Source of the DNA: Nanobdellota archaeon
GTDB taxonomy: Archaea; Aenigmatarchaeota; Aenigmatarchaeia; QMZP01
Assembly (NCBI GenBank): GCA_043814765.1
Contig: JBDRJQ010000029.1
Coordinates: 96,001 to 160,000 of the forward strand
Direction of reading: 5' to 3'
DNA: 64,000 nt
The position numbers and the translations under genes are program-made. Position 1 is the stretch's first letter; every line of letters starts with the position of its first letter. Of the stretch, positions 55,070-64,000 are shown piece by piece. The notes beneath the pieces were generated by a model. The model was not told the origin of the DNA. It searched no databases and saw only the letters and a program-made list of their open reading frames with translations.

Positions 55070-55768
55070 CTATTGAATGAGTATCTTGCCTGGCTTGCCC
55101 ATTGTCAGTTTAATGTAAACGGCTTTTATGTTGTTGGCTCCTTTCGGAAGTTTGCCTTTTACAAAATTAGTTACAGCCTCGGCGTTTGTTGCTGTTTTTT
55201 CATCCTCCATTTCTTCATTCCCTAAAGAAACATGAATTACTGGTGTATCTCTCAGTGTGAGTCTTACGTTTTTTCCTAGTGCATTAATAAATGCGTCAAT
55301 TTTAACGTTCGGTGGTACTGGTCTTGTAACCTTTCCTCTAGGACCTAGTATAGCACCAAAATTCTTTCCTATTATAGGCATGAGAGAAACTTCTCCCAAG
55401 AATGTATCATAATCATTTGCTATCTTTTTTATTTTTTTCTTATTTCCTGCCATCTTCTCTATTTCATTTTTCGTTATAACAAGATCGACATGATCCTTGC
55501 CATCTTTAGCAAGAACATCTGCAAAAAGAACAATCTTAGCTTTTTTATTACTGGCTTCTGGCAGAGGAAATTCAACATTAAACCTGTTTTCAGGTTTTTT
55601 TAGATCTAATCCTTTCATTGCTATAGAAAGATCCCATGATTGAGTAAATTTTCTAGGCTTAGAGGTAGATTTAATCTCTTTAATTTTTTCAAGAAATTGA
55701 GCTTTTAATGTCTGTGCCTTTTCCTTTGTTTTTATTATCTTCTCTTCTTTTGCCTCTTTTTCAGCCAT
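55070..55768 (-). CDS. rpl1: 50S ribosomal protein L1
   Basis: RKFTQSWDL, ILGPRGK, YIKLTMG. Confidence 0.95.
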   Translation of the reverse strand: MAEKEAKEEKIIKTKEKAQTLKAQFLEKIKEIKSTSKPRKFTQSWDLSIAMKGLDLKKPENRFNVEFPLPEASNKKAKIVLFADVLAKDGKDHVDLVITKNEIEKMAGNKKKIKKIANDYDTFLGEVSLMPIIGKNFGAILGPRGKVTRPVPPNVKIDAFINALGKNVRLTLRDTPVIHVSLGNEEMEDEKTATNAEAVTNFVKGKLPKGANNIKAVYIKLTMGKPGKILIQ

Positions 55769-55847
55769 CGTATCCTCCTACCGAAGTAGTATAACGGATG
55801 TATAACCTCTTTTATGCTGTAGTATATTTAAAGTTTTCGGATTAAAT

Positions 55848-56345
55848 CTAACCGCTCATGGCTTTTTTAAGCTTCTCTTTGAGCTCTTTTTCCTCTTTTG
55901 TTGTCATCTTAGACTGTTTTGCCTGAGCCATTATCTGCTGTTCTTGTATCCTTCCCCAGTTATCAACAATTGAATTCTGTATTTGATTTAATTTGTTTTC
56001 CAGCTGTATCATTTTCTTTGCCATTCTCTCAAGATTGTCGTTTGTTTTCTTCTTTATCTCTTCTATGTCATTGTTTTTGCCGTCTTTATCTATGCCAGGC
56101 CCGTATGTTCTGTCAACAAATGCTGAAATCTCATGAAGTTTTTTATCCACGTTATCCTGTTTCATATGTATTCTTCTGTATTTTTCATCTTCTGCAATCT
56201 TTTGAATTCCTAGTATTATCACTATCAGTCCCATGAAAAGTCCCATCAAGAAAGTGTCAAATCTGCTTATCAGAATCAAAATAACTCCTAGAACAATGAA
56301 AATTATCCAAAACAATAAATTCCAGTTACCGTAGTGTCTATCCAT
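55848..56345 (-). CDS. Hypothetical two-TM, coiled-coil protein between rpl11 and rpl1
   Basis: Start reassigned to ATG 56345; two TM helices then a Gln/Lys-rich coiled coil. Confidence 0.7.
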   Translation of the reverse strand: MDRHYGNWNLLFWIIFIVLGVILILISRFDTFLMGLFMGLIVIILGIQKIAEDEKYRRIHMKQDNVDKKLHEISAFVDRTYGPGIDKDGKNNDIEEIKKKTNDNLERMAKKMIQLENKLNQIQNSIVDNWGRIQEQQIMAQAKQSKMTTKEEKELKEKLKKAMSG

Positions 56346-56382
56346 ATAGTAAGAGTAAAAAACTAAACAATTTAAGCCTATG

Positions 56383-56964
56383 TTATTTTTCTTTCCCAGA
56401 CTTCTTTTCTTCCTTTTTACCTTCTTTAGGAGATTCGCTCTCTTTTGCTTCTTCTGGAGCTTTGCCTTCAAGTGATTCTCCTTCCTTTGCTGCTGCTTCG
56501 GCTTCCTTAGCTGCTTTTGCTTCTGCTACAGCCTTCTTTTCCTCTTCAGTAATAGCTCCCTCTCCTATTGTGATTCCCATGCTTCTGCATGTTCCTTTAA
56601 CCTGGCTAACAAAAGCCGGATCATCAGAACCAAATTTTATTCTTGCTATCTTTTTTGCTTGTTCCTTTGTAAGATCCCCCACCCTTTCCTTTCCTGTTTC
56701 ACCAGAACCTTTCTCTATTCCAAGCTCTTTCTTTATTAATCCTGATATTGGAGGTGTACCAACCTCTATTTCAAATTCTTTAGTACTAGTATCGACGATA
56801 ACCTTAACTGGTATTTTCATGCCTGCCATGTCTTTTGTTTTATTGTTTATTGCATCCACTATTGCTTTTATGTTTGCACCTATTGGTCCAAGAGCCGGAC
56901 CTAGAGGTGGACCTGCAGATGCCTTTCCCCCATCAATCAAACACGCTACCACTTGTTTGGCCAT
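56383..56964 (-). CDS. rpl11: 50S ribosomal protein L11 with long charged C-terminal tail
   Basis: GGKASAGPPLGPALGP, GTPP, GTCRSMG. Confidence 0.96.
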   Translation of the reverse strand: MAKQVVACLIDGGKASAGPPLGPALGPIGANIKAIVDAINNKTKDMAGMKIPVKVIVDTSTKEFEIEVGTPPISGLIKKELGIEKGSGETGKERVGDLTKEQAKKIARIKFGSDDPAFVSQVKGTCRSMGITIGEGAITEEEKKAVAEAKAAKEAEAAAKEGESLEGKAPEEAKESESPKEGKKEEKKSGKEK

Positions 56965-57484
56965 CTTCATCTCCTTTTGCTGTTTTTTCTGCTGTCTCGC
57001 TAGTTTCTCTAATAGTCTCGCTTGGTTTCTCTTCTGTAGTTTCTTGTAATGCTTTCTTTATAATCTTTACGAATTCTGTTGATACTGTTACTGGTATTGG
57101 GATGGAAGCTTCTAATAGTTCTATTGTAACTTCTTCCTTTACTTTGTCTATTCTTGTTATTTTCCCCCTTTCTCCTTTGAATGGGCCACCTATAATCTCT
57201 ACAACATCTCCCATAGAAATAGTAATTCTAGTCTTCTTTGCCTCAAGGAAATGCTGTATTTCTTCTAATTTTACAGGTTTCTCTATTATACCTCTAGCAT
57301 GCATTAATCCCTGCGTAGCTTTATGGACGTTTCCGGGAGCAGCTTCTATGAAAACATAACCCTTTATCTCTGCCGGATGAAAAACAGATTTCACATCAAG
57401 ATTTGTGTTCTCGATTTTTTTTATTAATATGTCTATTACGATGTCTTCTCTTCCTGAAGTTGTTCTTATTGTATATATTGCCAT
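56933..57484 (-). CDS. spt5: Transcription elongation factor Spt5
   Basis: RTTSGRE, KGYVFIEA, KOW GDVVEIIGGPFKG. Confidence 0.96.
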   Translation of the reverse strand: MAIYTIRTTSGREDIVIDILIKKIENTNLDVKSVFHPAEIKGYVFIEAAPGNVHKATQGLMHARGIIEKPVKLEEIQHFLEAKKTRITISMGDVVEIIGGPFKGERGKITRIDKVKEEVTIELLEASIPIPVTVSTEFVKIIKKALQETTEEKPSETIRETSETAEKTAKGDEDGQTSGSVFD

Positions 57485-57507
57485 ATTAGAACCGCCCAAT
57501 TTAACTT

Positions 57508-57681
57508 CTATAAAGCAGGTAAAAGAATCACAAATATTAGGAATATCGCAAATCCTATAACGCCAATTAATCCTATACCTAGCGCAGATACCTTGCCCGA
57601 ATTGATAAATTCATCTTTGGTTGGTTTTCTTGCTATCTGCATTACTCTTATATAATGTCTTAAAGTGTCTTTTAGTGACAT
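57508..57681 (-). CDS. secE: Protein translocase SecE/Sec61 gamma (57 aa)
   Basis: Not in ORF track: MSLKDTLRHYIRVMQIARKPTKDEFINSGKVSALGIGLIGVIGFAIFLIFVILLPAL*; conserved position upstream of spt5. Confidence 0.95.
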   Translation of the reverse strand: MSLKDTLRHYIRVMQIARKPTKDEFINSGKVSALGIGLIGVIGFAIFLIFVILLPAL

Positions 57682-57784
57682 AATATCAATCTTGATTTAT
57701 ATATTAATTATAATTTGTTAATATATTGCACTCTATGGCATATTTATAAAGATTTGCTTTAGGTTTAAAATAGACATTATTGAT

Positions 57785-58780
57785 ATGATATCAGAAATCG
57801 AAGATGTATTAAGAGAATGGGGTCCTCATATAGAGAAAGAAATAGAAAAGGCTATACCAAAGGATGGAATTTTTGGAGTAAACAATGTTGTTTGGTACCA
57901 TATAGGCACCGGAGGAAAGAGAATTAGACCGGTTTTAGCTGTAATGACTGGAAAGGTGTTAGGGTGTGACATAAATAAGGTATTGCCTTATGCAGCAGCA
58001 TGTGAAGTACTGCATAATTGGTTATTGGTTCATGATGATATAGAGGATGGTGATACTCACCGAAGAGGAAAACCAACTGTTTGGAAAGAGTTTGGAATTG
58101 ACCATGCAATAAATGCAGGAGATTACATGTCACAAAAGGTTTACGAGCTTATTCTAAGAAGCCGTGATATAGGAGTGGATGAAACAACAACGATAAAATT
58201 ATTAGATGAGATGATAAAAACAGCCATAAAAACAGCAGAAGGGCAGGCAATGGAATTTGAATTGAGGAAAAATAACAACCCAACAGAAAAAGAATATTTG
58301 GATATGATCACACACAAAACAGCATATTACCTAACTGCTCCGATGGTCGGAGCGGCTGTAATATCAAACTCTCCACAAGAAACAATTGATAAAATAAGAG
58401 AATTTGGAATGAAACTGGGACCTGCATTTCAGATATCAGATGATTTACTGGATTTAACTATAGGAAAGGGGAGAGAAGATATAGGTTCTGATATTTGTGA
58501 AGGAAAGAGAAGCATGATGGTTGTCCACTGTGCACAGAACTGCTCTGAAGAGGAAAGAAAAAAACTTTTCAACACTCTTAACAAACCAAGAGAACAGACA
58601 ACTAAAGAAGATGTTTTGTGGGTAAAGGATCTTTTTGAAAAACATGGGTCAATGGATTATTCAAGAGAACTCGCGGAGAAATACATGAAAGACTCAAAAG
58701 ATACTGTTTCTGATCTTCCAAAGGAATTAAAAAAACTTCTGGAAAATTTTGCCGAATACGTAATCAAGAGAGAACGTTAG
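57785..58780 (+). CDS. Polyprenyl diphosphate synthase (GGPP synthase-like)
   Basis: GGKRIRP, LVHDDIEDGDTHRRG (FARM), GQAME, KTA, FQISDDLLD (SARM). Confidence 0.95.
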   Translation: MISEIEDVLREWGPHIEKEIEKAIPKDGIFGVNNVVWYHIGTGGKRIRPVLAVMTGKVLGCDINKVLPYAAACEVLHNWLLVHDDIEDGDTHRRGKPTVWKEFGIDHAINAGDYMSQKVYELILRSRDIGVDETTTIKLLDEMIKTAIKTAEGQAMEFELRKNNNPTEKEYLDMITHKTAYYLTAPMVGAAVISNSPQETIDKIREFGMKLGPAFQISDDLLDLTIGKGREDIGSDICEGKRSMMVVHCAQNCSEEERKKLFNTLNKPREQTTKEDVLWVKDLFEKHGSMDYSRELAEKYMKDSKDTVSDLPKELKKLLENFAEYVIKRER

Positions 58781-58970
58781 CTTTTTAAGCAAGAAATGCA
58801 TTTCTATTCAGTAGTATCATTGTTTAACGTATTTCCTTGGTTGTAAAACCCTGTACATAACATCATAATTATGTGCGGTTATCATAGAAGACTTAATGCT
58901 TTACCTAAGTTTAATTCTGGTGTGATTAACACCTTTCACATACAAACAAATTCTGAAAGGAGTCATATCA

Positions 58971-61442
58971 ATGACAACTCTACGAACATTGCTCTTGCTT
59001 CTCGTTGCACTATTCATCATTGGTTGTGGTGGTGGCGGGGGCGAGAATCCTGTTACTCCTCCACCCGACGGAAAAACATGTATTGGTGTTGACCTGCCAG
59101 TAGATGCAAACGATTCTACAGTGTTTTTCGGTTCCGGGTCAGCGCCGTTAGGACCGAACGGGTCTTTAAGAGCCAAGCTGAATTCCAACTGCACCCAGGC
59201 TGTTTTTGTTTTCAAGGGCGGAAACCTGCTAGGTGCTGCGACTGTCCTGGATACAGCCAACCGTGACACCATAACAATAACTCCGAAAGCGACTGCAGAA
59301 ACATTTGTTCTTCTCGCTCCACATAACTATAAGGGAACGATTGAGAGGAACAAGAGCGCGATGAATATTATACGCTCGTTATCTACGATATCGGATTTCG
59401 AGTCTGCAATCAGAACCAATCTGGAAAACACAGGCACGATTTATGGCGGTAGCGAGCCGAATAATTTATTCAGAGACGAGTTTTCGAATGTTCTTACTGA
59501 GCTGTTTTCCAATGAACAGTTCAGGCAGGCAGCTTGGAACATCATTCCAAACAATTTAAGCGGTCTTCAAATCCGGGATGCTGATGAAACCGCTGAATTA
59601 AATGATTTTGAGGCAATCAACAGCAGGAGAAGATACGTCGATGTCTATGACGGGGATTCTCTTCTTGTTAGTGTGAAATCAATGGGCTTCAGCAGCCTTT
59701 ACCAAACAGTTAAAGAATCATTTGATGTTGATGTCGCAGGCAGGGAGAACATCACTCTCACGTCATATGGTCCTGGAGTTGGCAATATTCCGGAACTCGG
59801 CACAGAGGAAATTAACAGGCTGGTAACTCCGACGCTTAAGTCAGCGGTTTTTGATGTTGCTCTGCCAACTGTCAGTATCGTGTTTGGCCTCAGTGGAATG
59901 GGCAGTGAAAATGCAGCAATTGAGATTGTCACTCGGATGTTGGCAGATGGTGTTTTCATTAATTCTGTGGTTCAAGGTATTTATGAAGAGGATTATTTCA
60001 ATGTCACTGTCAGCATTGTTTTCAAGACTGTGGATATCCTAATAACAGACGCCCTGGAGAACGGAGTTAACAGCATCTTAATCAGGTATCTGGGAACTGA
60101 AACCGCCTTGACTGTGTTTGAATGGGTATTATTGCCTATTAAGGTAATTTCAATGACTCTGAAGGCGATTGATTTGGCTTTGGCTGTTGTGGCCTATACA
60201 ACCAGCAATGCAGTAGATGAATTCTATCTTGCTGATACAACCCCAACTGACACCGACCCGCCTGTGTGGGATTCAACCGTCGGCATTACCAATGCGATAT
60301 CTGGTGATGGAAAGGTAACAGTATACTGGGGAACTGCGACAGATGCACAAAATCCCCCTACTCGATATCTGATCTATAAAGATAGTGACAATCATCCTTG
60401 GGATCAAACGCCTGCTGTTAAGCATGATATCAATCCGCATATATTCAGCGGCCTCGCCAACGGCCAAGAGTATTTTTTCGGTGTAAGGTGCCAGGATGCT
60501 GTAAATAATGTTGACACAAACACTATTGTCATGTCAGCGACACCAGAAGCTGGAAGCGGTGTGCCTGATAATCCTGTGATTGTTGGCTCGGTTGATACCG
60601 ATTACGCTTGGGATATTGATGTTTTGGGCAACTATGTGTATATTGCTGAACGAAGTTTTGGTTTGAAGGTTATTGATATAACAGATAAAACCAATCCCAT
60701 CATCGTAGGTTCGGTTGACACAGACAATGCCTGGGATGTCGATGTTTCGGGTAACTATGCGTATGTTGCTGATAAGGGTGAAGGTTTGAGGATTATTGAC
60801 GTAACTAACAAATCCAATCCTGTTATTGTTGCGTCGGTTGGTGATTCTGTTGCTGAGGGAGTTGATGTTTTAGGTAATTATGCGTATGTCTCTGGTAGTT
60901 CGTTAGAAATAATTGATGTAACTAACAAAACCAGTCCTGTTGTTGTAAGTATGCTTGGTGTTGGAATAAATGGGAACAACATTAGAATAGTAGGTAATTA
61001 TGCGTATGTTACAGATGCTGGAAATGGTTTGAAGGTTATTGATGTATCAGATAAATCCAACCCTACGGTTGTCGGTTCAGTTGATACAGACGATGCCTGG
61101 GATGTTGATGTTTCGGGTAATTATGCGTATGTTGGTGATCAAGTAGCTGGCCTAAAAGTTATTGATATATCAAATAAAACCAACCCTACGGTTGTCGGTT
61201 CAGTTGATGATATATACGCATTAGGTGTTATCGTTTCTGGTGATTACGTGTATGCTGCATGCACAATTAGTGCCGGATGGTTGGGATATGGATTTCAGAT
61301 AGTAAACGTAAGTAGTAAATCAAACCCCTCGATGTTTGAACACGCAGATGTAACAGAATGGGCCTGGGATGTTGCTGTCTCAAACAACTATGCATATGTT
61401 GCTGATGATGAAGCTGGTTTAACAATATTTAAACTTTGGTAA
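58971..61442 (+). CDS. Lipoprotein with FN3-like domain and LVIVD repeats
   Basis: Lipobox LFIIGC then GGGGG; DTDPPVWDSTVG...YFFGVR FN3-like domain; repeats DVSGNYAYVAD..GLKVIDVS; SD AAGGAG. Confidence 0.87.
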   Translation: MTTLRTLLLLLVALFIIGCGGGGGENPVTPPPDGKTCIGVDLPVDANDSTVFFGSGSAPLGPNGSLRAKLNSNCTQAVFVFKGGNLLGAATVLDTANRDTITITPKATAETFVLLAPHNYKGTIERNKSAMNIIRSLSTISDFESAIRTNLENTGTIYGGSEPNNLFRDEFSNVLTELFSNEQFRQAAWNIIPNNLSGLQIRDADETAELNDFEAINSRRRYVDVYDGDSLLVSVKSMGFSSLYQTVKESFDVDVAGRENITLTSYGPGVGNIPELGTEEINRLVTPTLKSAVFDVALPTVSIVFGLSGMGSENAAIEIVTRMLADGVFINSVVQGIYEEDYFNVTVSIVFKTVDILITDALENGVNSILIRYLGTETALTVFEWVLLPIKVISMTLKAIDLALAVVAYTTSNAVDEFYLADTTPTDTDPPVWDSTVGITNAISGDGKVTVYWGTATDAQNPPTRYLIYKDSDNHPWDQTPAVKHDINPHIFSGLANGQEYFFGVRCQDAVNNVDTNTIVMSATPEAGSGVPDNPVIVGSVDTDYAWDIDVLGNYVYIAERSFGLKVIDITDKTNPIIVGSVDTDNAWDVDVSGNYAYVADKGEGLRIIDVTNKSNPVIVASVGDSVAEGVDVLGNYAYVSGSSLEIIDVTNKTSPVVVSMLGVGINGNNIRIVGNYAYVTDAGNGLKVIDVSDKSNPTVVGSVDTDDAWDVDVSGNYAYVGDQVAGLKVIDISNKTNPTVVGSVDDIYALGVIVSGDYVYAACTISAGWLGYGFQIVNVSSKSNPSMFEHADVTEWAWDVAVSNNYAYVADDEAGLTIFKLW

Positions 61443-61468
61443 GGTTCTTTTTCATAATATAAAAAACT

Positions 61469-61500
61469 GACTCACACCGGGTGCGGGTCGTTCTTTTATT
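61469..61500 (+). terminator. Possible hairpin terminator after the LVIVD lipoprotein gene
   Basis: Imperfect GACTCACAC/GTGCGGGTC stem followed by TTCTTTTATT. Confidence 0.4.
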
Positions 61501-61596
61501 ACTGTCAACTAGTGGGGATATAATACATGAATAAAACAGATTTAAGCCATCACAACAAAATTAAAATGTTAGTGTAATAGATATGAGGCTGGAGAA

Positions 61597-62310
61597 ATGA
61601 AAAAAATTCATTCTAAGATAATTCCTGCGAAAAGAATTGAAACAGGCATTCCTGGTCTTGATTCTTTAATGGGTGGTGGATTTCTTCCAGGATCAGTTAA
61701 TCTGATATCAGGTGAAACAGGCACTGGTAAAACTATTTTATGTTCACAGTTTCTTTGGCATGGCCTTCAGAAAGGTGAAACTGGCATATTTGTTTCTTTG
61801 GAAGAAGAGCCTGAAGACATAAAAGAAGATGTATCGCAATTCGGATGGGACTTCGATGCTTTTATCAAAAAAGGTATGTTCAATATATTCTATCATGATC
61901 CTTCACAGGCAAGCAACATCACGTCAAAGATAATAAACGAAATTGGATCACTCAATGCAAAACGCGTTGTCATAGATTCTACTGCAACTATTGGTCTGGC
62001 AATAGAAAATCCCTCGCAGATACGTAAACGCTTGCTGAGCATTGTAAACACTCTCAAAAAGTCTGGCTGTACATCAATAGTTACCTCAGAAATCAACGAA
62101 GGTAAAAAAGGCCTTTCTCGCTTTGGTGTAGAAGAGTTTGTTGTTGATGGGGTTATAATCCTTAGCTATACAAGCATAGCCCAAGAAGGGTTTGGTAGCA
62201 TAGAGGTTAGAAAAATGAGGAGAACTGCCCACCAACACGGTATGTACCCCACAAAAATAGGAAAGGATGGGCTACAAGTAGGAAAAGAGAGTATAATGTT
62301 GATGAAATAG
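61597..62310 (+). CDS. KaiC-like single-domain RecA-superfamily ATPase
   Basis: TGIPGLD, GETGTGKT, SLEE, VVIDS, EEFVVDGVI, VRKMR. Confidence 0.92.
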   Translation: MKKIHSKIIPAKRIETGIPGLDSLMGGGFLPGSVNLISGETGTGKTILCSQFLWHGLQKGETGIFVSLEEEPEDIKEDVSQFGWDFDAFIKKGMFNIFYHDPSQASNITSKIINEIGSLNAKRVVIDSTATIGLAIENPSQIRKRLLSIVNTLKKSGCTSIVTSEINEGKKGLSRFGVEEFVVDGVIILSYTSIAQEGFGSIEVRKMRRTAHQHGMYPTKIGKDGLQVGKESIMLMK

Positions 62311-62320
62311 GTGATGCTCA

Positions 62321-62986
62321 ATGGTAATGGGTCTTTTAGCAAAACTCTTAGTTACTCGCCAAGTTAAGATGGAAGGCGGTGAAATTTTACTGAAAGACAG
62401 ACCCATGAACCTTCTTCCTGCTTTTTTTGTTAGCGAATTAATGCAATATTTTATAGAAAAAGACAAACTGGATGAACTGTATTTTTTGTCATGGTACTGG
62501 GGTTATGTTTTGGTGTGGCAGGTAAAAAAGATGTTCAATCTCAAAAAACCAGAAGATGTTTATTCTCTCGGTATGGATTTGGGGCAGGCAATGGGAATTG
62601 GTTTGTATAAAACTCATGACTATTATCCTGGAAGATATACTCATTTTAAGATACCAAACAACCCCTATCTGAAGTACATAAAAGGAAGGAAGTATAAAAG
62701 CCCCATAGACTTCTTTATATCTGGTTCCATGGGCGGGGGAGGATGTCTAGTCCACAGCGCCGTATGTCAAAACATAGAAATAAAATGCAGGGCTATTGGA
62801 AACAGTGTATGCGAATTTGTTACAGGCACAGAAAAAGAGTTAAAAGACAGGGGTTTATGGAAAGAAACTGTAAAGAGGTATAATTTAAAAAAATACTATC
62901 CTTTACAAAAAGAGATATTTAACATATATAATGATAAAACAGAAGCTCAACTATTAGCAAAGGTTATGAAAAAAATCAGTACTTAA
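62321..62986 (+). CDS. V4R (4-vinyl reductase) domain-like protein
   Basis: FISGSMGG...EIKCRAIGNSVCEFV matches the V4R E-x-x-C...C-x-F signature; follows the KaiC-like gene. Confidence 0.7.
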   Translation: MVMGLLAKLLVTRQVKMEGGEILLKDRPMNLLPAFFVSELMQYFIEKDKLDELYFLSWYWGYVLVWQVKKMFNLKKPEDVYSLGMDLGQAMGIGLYKTHDYYPGRYTHFKIPNNPYLKYIKGRKYKSPIDFFISGSMGGGGCLVHSAVCQNIEIKCRAIGNSVCEFVTGTEKELKDRGLWKETVKRYNLKKYYPLQKEIFNIYNDKTEAQLLAKVMKKIST

Positions 62987-63851
62987 TCCTTTCAAGTCTT
63001 TTATTGATTTCCTGTTTTTCATTTTCTATCATTTTCTTAAAATTATCTGCCAAATGGGTTTGTTCGTCTAAATTTATTTGTTTGCTATCAGCAACTACCC
63101 TTTCTGTTATTGTTCTAAGTATTTCAATGGGATTTCCCTTCTCTATAGACAATGTAACGCCTGTCTCTGTTTCAGCTATTCTATCGCGCTCTATGTCGTC
63201 TATATCCTTTTTTATCAGATTAAGTGTTCTGAAATGCCTGCCCAACACAAGCATTCTGCTAACATCGCTTGGGCTTAAAGAAATTTCCAGTAAAGGTAGT
63301 TCCACAAAAATATCCATGTCTAGACTTCTACAGGCATAAACCTCTGTAATAAGATCTATTATTTTTTCAGGGTTGTTCTCATTTTTTATCATGTTCTTAT
63401 AGACTTGTTCTCCGATGGCTATTGATATTATTTTGTTAAAATAGTTTTCAACGCTTTTTCTTTGAGTTTCATCTGATAGTTTAGATGTAAAAACTGCCAG
63501 TATCCTTATAATTTCTACAATATACGCTGCGTTTGTGTTTTTGTCTAAATTTTCATCAAGTATATCGTCCAGTATGTTTATTATCGAATCAACAGAGAGT
63601 GACAGCTCTACTGCTTCTTGTGGGTACATATCACCCATAACCTGGCCCATGAACAATGTTCTTGTGTATTTTTTTCCAGAAACCCAGTTGTTTATAATTC
63701 CTTCCATTGACTGCTCTACTATAGACATAAACACTTCTGTGTTACCGTCTTTCATTTTTATATCGTTTTGTATTATTTCCATTAATGATTTCTTTGTCTG
63801 TAAAAGAGTTTCTCTGTACCTACTAGCAATAGCATCTATGTGATTAAGCAT
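62976..63851 (-). CDS. Class I isoprenoid synthase-fold protein (uncharacterised)
   Basis: All-helical; LDDILDE (DDxxD) and a second acidic motif KKDIDDIERD. Confidence 0.55.
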   Translation of the reverse strand: MLNHIDAIASRYRETLLQTKKSLMEIIQNDIKMKDGNTEVFMSIVEQSMEGIINNWVSGKKYTRTLFMGQVMGDMYPQEAVELSLSVDSIINILDDILDENLDKNTNAAYIVEIIRILAVFTSKLSDETQRKSVENYFNKIISIAIGEQVYKNMIKNENNPEKIIDLITEVYACRSLDMDIFVELPLLEISLSPSDVSRMLVLGRHFRTLNLIKKDIDDIERDRIAETETGVTLSIEKGNPIEILRTITERVVADSKQINLDEQTHLADNFKKMIENEKQEINKRLERIKY

Positions 63852-63900
63852 AGTTATGCGTTGTTTCCTCTATTTAAATTTGTTGTTTTAACAGATTATT

Positions 63901-64000
63901 ATGGGAAAGATAACGTTTGATCAACTCAAGCCGAACTATAATGTAGTTATAGTCGGGGCAGGAGCAGCCGGATTAATGGCTGCCATTACACTATCAAGAG
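63901..64000 (+). CDS. Partial FAD/NAD(P)-dependent oxidoreductase (runs off the window end)
   Basis: MGKITFDQLKPNYNVVIVGAGAAGLMAAITLSR, Rossmann GxGxxG. Confidence 0.75.
   Translation, partial: MGKITFDQLKPNYNVVIVGAGAAGLMAAITLSR

Noticed and set aside
53773..57359. Long plus-strand ORFs opposite ribosomal protein genes (e.g. 54548-55225, 56462-57049)
   Set aside because: Antisense shadows of well-supported genes with no independent motifs; the same applies to the other short antisense ORFs in the track.
60540..61440. Repeated GATGTTTCGGGTAA...TATGCGTATGTT units
   Set aside because: Coding LVIVD repeats within an ORF, not a DNA-level element.
1..64000. tRNA, rRNA, transposase or integrase genes
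   Set aside because: No cloverleaf, rRNA-like stretch or recombinase motif was recognised by eye; tRNAscan-SE and Infernal would be needed to exclude them formally.

Overview
AT-rich archaeal chromosomal window. Archaeal TBP, TFB, Spt5, eS8, eL37, P0/P1 stalk proteins and SecE are present. The compact gene content and divergent proteins suggest a DPANN lineage, possibly Aenigmarchaeota-like (inference). Contents: a type II/IV secretion ATPase, glycosyltransferases, MetRS and AlaRS, an anaerobic (class III) ribonucleotide reductase locus with two inteins followed by ferredoxin, DUF1858, an HTH regulator, iscS and iscU, then gdh, PINA, thrC, ribL, large surface proteins, secDF, upper mevalonate and isoprenoid genes, a diacetamido-uronic acid sugar cluster, the secE-spt5-L11-L1-P0-P1 cluster, two higher-GC lipoprotein genes that look foreign, and a KaiC-like ATPase/V4R pair. 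Standout: NrdD carries an N-terminal NrdR-type Zn-ribbon DNA-binding domain, and two NrdR-box-like sites 32 bp apart lie between its TATA box and start codon. This points to a ribonucleotide reductase that acts as its own nucleotide-sensing transcriptional repressor. Other notable items: a 48-bp nucleotide-identical tract shared by the two ancient halves of TBP, an unannotated 29-aa hyper-acidic peptide, and a candidate Fe-S-sensing regulator with a palindromic operator. No tRNA, rRNA, CRISPR array or transposase was recognised. All family calls come from motif recognition, not database searches.
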